From contig JADHVC010000002.1 in NCBI GenBank assembly GCA_016784175.1, positions 330 through 64,329 of the forward strand: a stretch of 64,000 nucleotides of DNA, written 5' to 3'. This stretch comes from Patescibacteria group bacterium (GTDB lineage: Bacteria > Patescibacteriota > Patescibacteriia > Patescibacteriales > BS150m-G62). The notes under the pieces were generated by a model. That model saw only the letters and a program-made list of their open reading frames with translations, searched no databases and was not told the origin of the DNA. Within the stretch, counting starts at the first letter, position 1; the number at the start of each line of letters is the position of its first letter. Below, piece after piece: positions 58,679 to 64,000 of this stretch. The position numbers and the translations under genes are program-made.

Positions 58679-59896
58679 ATGTCAATATCACGCATAAAAG
58701 ATATAAAATTTTCTAGTAAGATTCTAATAATCGCTACTCGATACTTTCCTCATCCATCAGGTCCAGCTGAAGCGGTGAGGCAAATTACTAATCAAATCGA
58801 TACAGTTAAATTTGACTTGATTACAATTAAGGAGAGTAGAGATTTATCTCGGTTTGATAGAATAGATATGGTTAATGTACATAGGTTTGGTATTGGAAAT
58901 AGAATTATTGACCAATACTTACTTGCTTTTTTTGGCCATATGTTTGCAAAAAGACTTCATGATAATCGTCAGTATTCGGCTATTTGGGGCATCGGCTCAG
59001 ATTACGGTGCAACTGCTGCTGCTTCCTTTAAGATCAAAAATCCAGAAATCCCATTTTTACTTACCATTCAAGACGAAGATGACCCTAAACATATCAGAAA
59101 GAGGATCGGTTTAGTTGATCCATGGTTTCGGCGTATATTTGCTTCGGCTGACCATATTCAGTGTGTGAACGATGTTCTAATGCGATGGGCAAGGAGAATG
59201 GGGGCAACTTGCGAAGTTAGCATTGTTCCAAATGGAATTAATTTCGAAGAGTTTTATAAGGGAAGATTAAGAGAATTTTACATTGACGATTTAAAAGGTC
59301 GACTTGGTATTACTCCTTCAGAGAAGGTTATTATAACTTCTAGGTTTCCTAATATTACATGGACAAAGAATTTGATACGAGCAATTGCCTTACTAAGAGA
59401 TATGGATGGAGTAAAAATTAAGTTATTAGTTCATGATTATGGTCATAGACGGTTTTTTTTAAGGAGAGAGGCAAAAAGTAGGGGTGTGGAAAAGCAGATT
59501 ATTTTTTTAAAGCAAATTGATCATGATGAAATGCCAAGTTATCTTTGGATTAGCGATATGTATTTTGTAACCTCAAAGGTCATTCCTCCCAATACAGATT
59601 TACTTGAAGCAATGGCTGCAAAAGTGCCTATTTTTAGTCCTCGGGGTTCGATGGCACCAATATTCTTTAGGGATGTTGATACTGGCTTTTATTACAATCC
59701 TAATGAGTCTTTAAGTATTGCAGAGAAAATCAGAATGATTATTGATGAGACCGAATTACGAAATCAGATTATTATAAACGGAGAAAGAGTTGCTCGCGAG
59801 CAATTTAGTTATGAGAAAATAAAAATTGACATTGAAAATATTTTTGACAAGTTGTTTAATAAGGCCAGAAAAAGACGCGGTATTATTAGGGAGTAA
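58679..59896 (+). CDS. Glycosyltransferase family 4-like protein (divergent EX7E region)
   Basis: YFP..SG, IVPNG, LLEAMAAKVP; TGcTATGAT -10 box 6 nt before the ATG. Confidence 0.8.
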   Translation: MSISRIKDIKFSSKILIIATRYFPHPSGPAEAVRQITNQIDTVKFDLITIKESRDLSRFDRIDMVNVHRFGIGNRIIDQYLLAFFGHMFAKRLHDNRQYSAIWGIGSDYGATAAASFKIKNPEIPFLLTIQDEDDPKHIRKRIGLVDPWFRRIFASADHIQCVNDVLMRWARRMGATCEVSIVPNGINFEEFYKGRLREFYIDDLKGRLGITPSEKVIITSRFPNITWTKNLIRAIALLRDMDGVKIKLLVHDYGHRRFFLRREAKSRGVEKQIIFLKQIDHDEMPSYLWISDMYFVTSKVIPPNTDLLEAMAAKVPIFSPRGSMAPIFFRDVDTGFYYNPNESLSIAEKIRMIIDETELRNQIIINGERVAREQFSYEKIKIDIENIFDKLFNKARKRRGIIRE

Positions 59897-59920
59897 GTTA
59901 CTGACCATAAGTTAACCTTA

Positions 59921-60109
59921 GTAACTACTCACTATATCTACATCACTTTTTTACTTAGGATGAAATATTGGGCAATTTTTTACACACAATTTAACAAAAA
60001 TTTTAAACTTGCTTCACTCAAACATAAAATTTTTTAAGTTAAATTCTGCTAAAAATTACTACATATTCCATATGCGCTTAAAAATAATGCAGATATAGTG
60101 AGCACTTAC
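59921..60109. mobile_element. Full-length MITE copy (orientation A)
   Basis: 189 bp; flanks TAACCTTA / TAATCATA (6/8). Confidence 0.92.
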
Positions 60110-60157
60110 TAATCATATTCTTGCAAAAAGTATGATATTTTGTTATTTTGTAGAAGT

Positions 60158-60382
60158 ATGAAAATAGAAGAAAAAATTAAACAAACATTAGACAATATTA
60201 GACCGGCGTTGCAGGCAGACGGAGGAGATCTTCGTTTTGTAAAGTTTAGTGATGGAGTTTTGGAAATTGAGCTTGTTGGTGCCTGTGCTGGCTGTCCAAT
60301 GGCACAACTTACCTTAAAGGATGGTATTGAAGTTGAAGTAATGAAAGCGGTGCCAGAAGTCAAAGAAGTTGTGGCAGTTTAA
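60158..60382 (+). CDS. nifU: NifU-C/Nfu-type Fe-S carrier protein
   Basis: IRPALQADGGD, GACAGCP (CxxC), TLKDGIE; ATG 60158 preferred. Confidence 0.92.
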   Translation: MKIEEKIKQTLDNIRPALQADGGDLRFVKFSDGVLEIELVGACAGCPMAQLTLKDGIEVEVMKAVPEVKEVVAV

Positions 60383-60411
60383 GCGTCTTCTAAGAGTTTG
60401 TATAAAAAAAT

Positions 60412-61629
60412 ATGTCAATATATTTTGATCATGCAGCAACAACACCTGTTAGTGAAAGTGTGCTTAATAAAATGCTGCCTTTTTTTAGTGCAAAATTTGG
60501 CAATGCGTCTTCGGTGCATAATTTTGGGCACGAAGCATTATTGGCTGTTGATGAGGCTAGGGGGACAATTAAGAACTTTTTTAATTGTGAGGTTGATGAG
60601 ATAGTTTTTACTTCTGGTGCTACCGAAGCTAATAATCTTTGTTTGAGTGGGATAATAAAGAGCGCCAAAAGTAGGGAAATAGAGGTGCCAAAAATTATAA
60701 TATCAGACATTGAACATCCCTCTGTAATAGAAACTTGTAAAGAGTTGGAAGGTCAAGGGGTTACACTAGAATACCTCAAAGTCAATAAGGATGGGCTAGT
60801 AAGCGTTGAAGACTTAGTTGCAAAAATCGACGAAAATACTGTTTTGGTCAGTATTATGTATGTAAATAATGAGATAGGTTCAATTCAACCTATTAGGGAG
60901 TTAGGAAAAGCTATAAAAAAAATTAACGAAAATAACGACAAGGCTTGGCGACAGGCAAAAGTAGACAAAAGAGGGACACGACCAAACAAAATTGTATTCC
61001 ATACGGACGCTACTCAAGCTATACGGTACTTAAATTGCGATATGGACTGGAACTATATTGATGCTTTAACTTTTTCTGGGCATAAAATATATGGACCAAA
61101 AGGAATCGGAGCTTTAATTTGCAAAGCCAATGTTGAAATTGAACCTATAATTTTTGGAGGCGGTCAAGAAGGTGGTAAGCGATCAGGTACGCTAAATGTG
61201 CCTGGTATTGTTGGTTTAGGTAAATCGATCGACGATATTAAGAAATTTAGCCAGCCAATGGATTTAAAGAAAATCGAAGATCTTAGACAATCGTTGGTTG
61301 ACAAAATAAGTTCCGAATTTTTTGATATTGTATTAAACGGTAATTATGAAAAAGCTTTGCCAAATATTATAAATTTTAGAATTAAAAATATTAATGCCGA
61401 AAGTTTAATGATTGCTCTCGACATGAAGGGTATTGGTATATCTACCGGATCAGCTTGTTCTCTTAGTAAACTTACTTATTCTCATGTACTTAACGCTATA
61501 GGATTAAACGCAGATGAGGCTAGGTCCTCGATTAGAGTTAGTTTAGGAAATGCTAGTACGGAGGATGAGGTTACACAGTTCGCGGCAATATTAAAAGAAG
61601 TAATATTGCAAATTAAAAATTTAAAATAG
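60412..61629 (+). CDS. iscS: Cysteine desulfurase (IscS/NifS class I)
   Basis: YFDHAATTP, FTSGATEANN, HTDATQ, SGHKIYGPKG, STGSACS. Confidence 0.93.
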   Translation: MSIYFDHAATTPVSESVLNKMLPFFSAKFGNASSVHNFGHEALLAVDEARGTIKNFFNCEVDEIVFTSGATEANNLCLSGIIKSAKSREIEVPKIIISDIEHPSVIETCKELEGQGVTLEYLKVNKDGLVSVEDLVAKIDENTVLVSIMYVNNEIGSIQPIRELGKAIKKINENNDKAWRQAKVDKRGTRPNKIVFHTDATQAIRYLNCDMDWNYIDALTFSGHKIYGPKGIGALICKANVEIEPIIFGGGQEGGKRSGTLNVPGIVGLGKSIDDIKKFSQPMDLKKIEDLRQSLVDKISSEFFDIVLNGNYEKALPNIINFRIKNINAESLMIALDMKGIGISTGSACSLSKLTYSHVLNAIGLNADEARSSIRVSLGNASTEDEVTQFAAILKEVILQIKNLK

Positions 61630-61649
61630 TAGTCTCTTTCTCTCTCTCT

Positions 61650-61838
61650 GTAAATACTCACTATATCTGCATCACTTTTTCGCTTAGGATGGAATATTGG
61701 GCAATTTTTTACGCAAAATTTAACAAAAATTTTAAACTCGCTTCACTTAAACATAAAATTTTTTAAGTTAAATTCTGCTAAAAATTACTACATATTCCAT
61801 GTGCGCTCAAAAATAATACAGACATAGTGAGCAGTTAC
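61650..61838. mobile_element. Full-length MITE copy (orientation A)
   Basis: 189 bp between convergent genes; flanks CTCTCTCT / CACTTTCT (6/8). Confidence 0.92.
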
Positions 61839-61854
61839 CACTTTCTCTAAGAGC

Positions 61855-62751
61855 TTAAAATAAATTTTGATTGATGGTTTTTTTTAATAGACTTCGAGTG
61901 AGTCGTGGATGTCTTAAAGTGTTTTTTGTAATTGTGTTAATTTTAAAAAGTTTGAAACAACGTCTACCATCCTTTATGTGCTGGAAGGCGACTAAGTTTA
62001 GGTAATTTGCCAGCATTTTTGGGTTTATTCCGTTGTTAATTAAACCAACAAAAGCATTGGTTATATTATTTGCATTAATTGAAATCGTTACTGGTATGCC
62101 TTGTTCAACAAGATCAGTAGACTTTTTTAGTAAGATAATCTCAGGGGTATCCAATGAGATGAAGTTTGGTTTTTCACGTAAAAAAATACTTACAATTGAC
62201 TTATTATAGCTTGTGCTTAAAATTTGATGTATACCGTCTAGCTCATCTTCAATATGTTTTTCGACTGAATAAATATCCTTGTAAGGGCTATTTAAATAAT
62301 TTAACAAGCTGTAAAGAGTAGTCGTTAGTCCAGACCCAGCTTCTCCTATTAGTAAATTTATTTTATCTGGAATAAAAATATTTTCTTCTATAAGATTGAG
62401 TTCTTTGTCTTTAAATCCAATCTTGTTAATTGGAATTTGTCTAAAATTATTTTTTGAGATATTTATAATATATCTGATGCCATTTTCTTTTTTGTATATT
62501 TCTGAGCTGTAGATAAATGAGGTATTGTTGATTAGTTGCTTGCGTCTTTCTGAGCAAAAGTGCATTAAATTATCAATAAAATCATTTTGTTCGCGTGGAT
62601 TTATTGTGAAGTGTTGATCAACTTGTTTGTCGATTATTCGAATATCTAAAACACCATCCACTTGGTCAATATCAATAATGTTTGCATTGCTTATTGTAGC
62701 GTAATCTATTAATTTTTGTAGAAGATTGCATGTGGACATATAAATAATCAT
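61855..62751 (-). CDS. Degenerate PilB/GspE-like secretion ATPase paralogue
   Basis: LLIGEAGSGLTTTLYSLL (Walker A Lys->Leu), IYSVEKHIE (Asp box), GIHQI, FLREKPNFISLD in place of LRQDPD....GE. Confidence 0.75.
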   Translation of the reverse strand: MIIYMSTCNLLQKLIDYATISNANIIDIDQVDGVLDIRIIDKQVDQHFTINPREQNDFIDNLMHFCSERRKQLINNTSFIYSSEIYKKENGIRYIINISKNNFRQIPINKIGFKDKELNLIEENIFIPDKINLLIGEAGSGLTTTLYSLLNYLNSPYKDIYSVEKHIEDELDGIHQILSTSYNKSIVSIFLREKPNFISLDTPEIILLKKSTDLVEQGIPVTISINANNITNAFVGLINNGINPKMLANYLNLVAFQHIKDGRRCFKLFKINTITKNTLRHPRLTRSLLKKTINQNLF

Positions 62752-62816
62752 ATCATTGATTTTCTCTAAAGACTATAGTCAATAAAAAATAATCATGGTA
62801 AATTATAGTAAGATAC

Positions 62817-63215
62817 ATGAAAAATAATAATAATGTTAAAGATTTGAATAAGCAATTATTTAGCGGAGCCGTGAAAGTCCTACGTAATAGTTATATACGC
62901 TATTTGTGCTATGTTGCTATTTTGATAAATCTTCTAAACTGGCTATCGTCCTACTATATTGTGTCTAGAATAGATCATGACTTAATGATCCTACATTATA
63001 ATGTAAAGTTCGGTATTGATTATATTGGAGAAGTTGGAAAAATATATAATTTTCCGCTAGTTGGATTTATAGTAATCTTGGTGAATTTGAGTATCTATCT
63101 GTTTTCAAAAAGAGACTATAAATTTTTAGGGTATACACTTTTGGTTGTATCAATATTGGTTAATATTTTCATCTTAATGTCTTTGGGTCCAATTTATTTA
63201 ATTAATTTAAGCTAA
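62817..63215 (+). CDS. Small membrane protein (DUF1648-like, 3 TM)
   Basis: ILHYNVKFGIDYIG motif between TM helices; 2 nt upstream of mraY. Confidence 0.7.
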   Translation: MKNNNNVKDLNKQLFSGAVKVLRNSYIRYLCYVAILINLLNWLSSYYIVSRIDHDLMILHYNVKFGIDYIGEVGKIYNFPLVGFIVILVNLSIYLFSKRDYKFLGYTLLVVSILVNIFILMSLGPIYLINLS

Positions 63216-63217
63216 CT

Positions 63218-64000
63218 ATGCAAGATTTTTTTATAATTAAAATACTGCTTTTAACAACCTTGTCGTTTATTTTTACTATTTTGTGGACACCGTTACTAAC
63301 TCATTTTTTGTATAAATATAAGGTTGGGAAGCAAATTAGAAATACTGGAGTAACACCTCTATTTTCCAAAATGCATGCTAAAAAACAAGGTACCCCAACT
63401 ATGGGCGGATTGCTTGTGTGGGTGACAGTGTTAATATTTAGTTTTTTGTTTTTTTATTTAGCAAAATTTTTTCCTGATACTATTCTCGAGCAACTAAACT
63501 TTTTATCAAGAAAAGAGACATTCCTCCCTTTGGGCGTATTGGTCGCAACTGCTATTGTTGGACTTGTTGATGATTGGGTCGACTTAAAAGGAGATAAAAA
63601 AGGCGGATTTGGTGTGGCACGAAGATTGTTTATTTATTCATGCATAGCTTTTATAGGTGCTTATTGGTTTTATTATAAATTGGATTGGGATTTATTTCAT
63701 ATTCCATTTGTTGGGAGTATTGAATTGGGAGCATGGTATATTCTTGTTTTCCTGTTTGTTATTGTTGCTAGTGCCTTTTCTGTTAATGAAACAGATGGTT
63801 TAGATGGATTGGCGGGTGGTGCTTTATTGACCTCATATTCTGCTTATGGAGTTATTGCTTTTTCTATGGGGAAGTATGATCTAGCTACATTTTGCGGAGT
63901 TCTTGTGGGTGCACTTCTTGCTTTTTTATGGTTTAATATTAATCCAGCTCGTTTTTTTATGGGAGATACTGGAGCAATGAGTATGGGTATAACTCTTGGT
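63218..64000 (+). CDS. mraY: Phospho-N-acetylmuramoyl-pentapeptide transferase, 3'-truncated by the window edge (absent from the ORF track)
   Basis: ATG 63218; translation gives H.KKQGTPTMGG, GLVDDW, VNETDGLDGLAGG, FLWFNINPARFFMGDTG. Confidence 0.95.
   Translation, partial: MQDFFIIKILLLTTLSFIFTILWTPLLTHFLYKYKVGKQIRNTGVTPLFSKMHAKKQGTPTMGGLLVWVTVLIFSFLFFYLAKFFPDTILEQLNFLSRKETFLPLGVLVATAIVGLVDDWVDLKGDKKGGFGVARRLFIYSCIAFIGAYWFYYKLDWDLFHIPFVGSIELGAWYILVFLFVIVASAFSVNETDGLDGLAGGALLTSYSAYGVIAFSMGKYDLATFCGVLVGALLAFLWFNINPARFFMGDTGAMSMGITLG

Noticed and set aside
61633..61649. (CT)n microsatellite after iscS as a phase-variation tract
   Set aside because: Short, in a convergent 3' spacer and partly the MITE target site; no promoter or frame to affect.
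2034..61838. Repeat family as a CRISPR array or integron attC sites
   Set aside because: Copies are dispersed, ~189 bp, in both orientations, with no spacers, cas genes or integrase; TIRs plus 8-bp TSDs fit transposition better.
1..64000. Alternative genetic code (UGA=Gly, as in Gracilibacteria/Absconditabacteria)
   Set aside because: Long conserved genes are intact under code 11, RF2 is present, and TGA ends at least one gene (4764).

Overview
AT-rich bacterial chromosomal segment (genetic code 11; RF2 present). Gene content points to Patescibacteria/CPR, Parcubacteria-ABY1 type such as Falkowbacteria; this is inferred from lineage-typical protein families, not a database search. Core content: a PrgI/VirB4/VirB8-like T4SS-like cluster next to comF, prfB, dnaE, an ECF sigma/anti-sigma pair, very large secreted Ig/FN3 surface proteins, an S-layer-like protein, a long surface-glycan region (GT4s, O-antigen-ligase-like proteins, Wzz, radical SAM), nifU-iscS, a degenerate PilB-like ATPase and the 5' part of mraY. 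Three things stand out. (1) A ~189-bp non-coding palindromic element occurs 14 times (9 full, 5 partial). It has GTAA termini and 8-bp target-site duplications (IS66-type MITE), and its two arms co-vary within each copy. (2) A four-gene minus-strand operon led by a short J-domain protein with a PX7W motif matches the AtcJABC cold-adaptation/RNA-polymerase chaperone system known from Proteobacteria. (3) Five accessory transcription units (small ORF, atc operon, split PP2C, purE-purC, secreted protein) share one layout: sigma70-type promoter signal, boxA-like leader motif, Shine-Dalgarno site and intrinsic terminator. The core genes inspected lack SD sites. No tRNA, rRNA, CRISPR array or transposase was seen.
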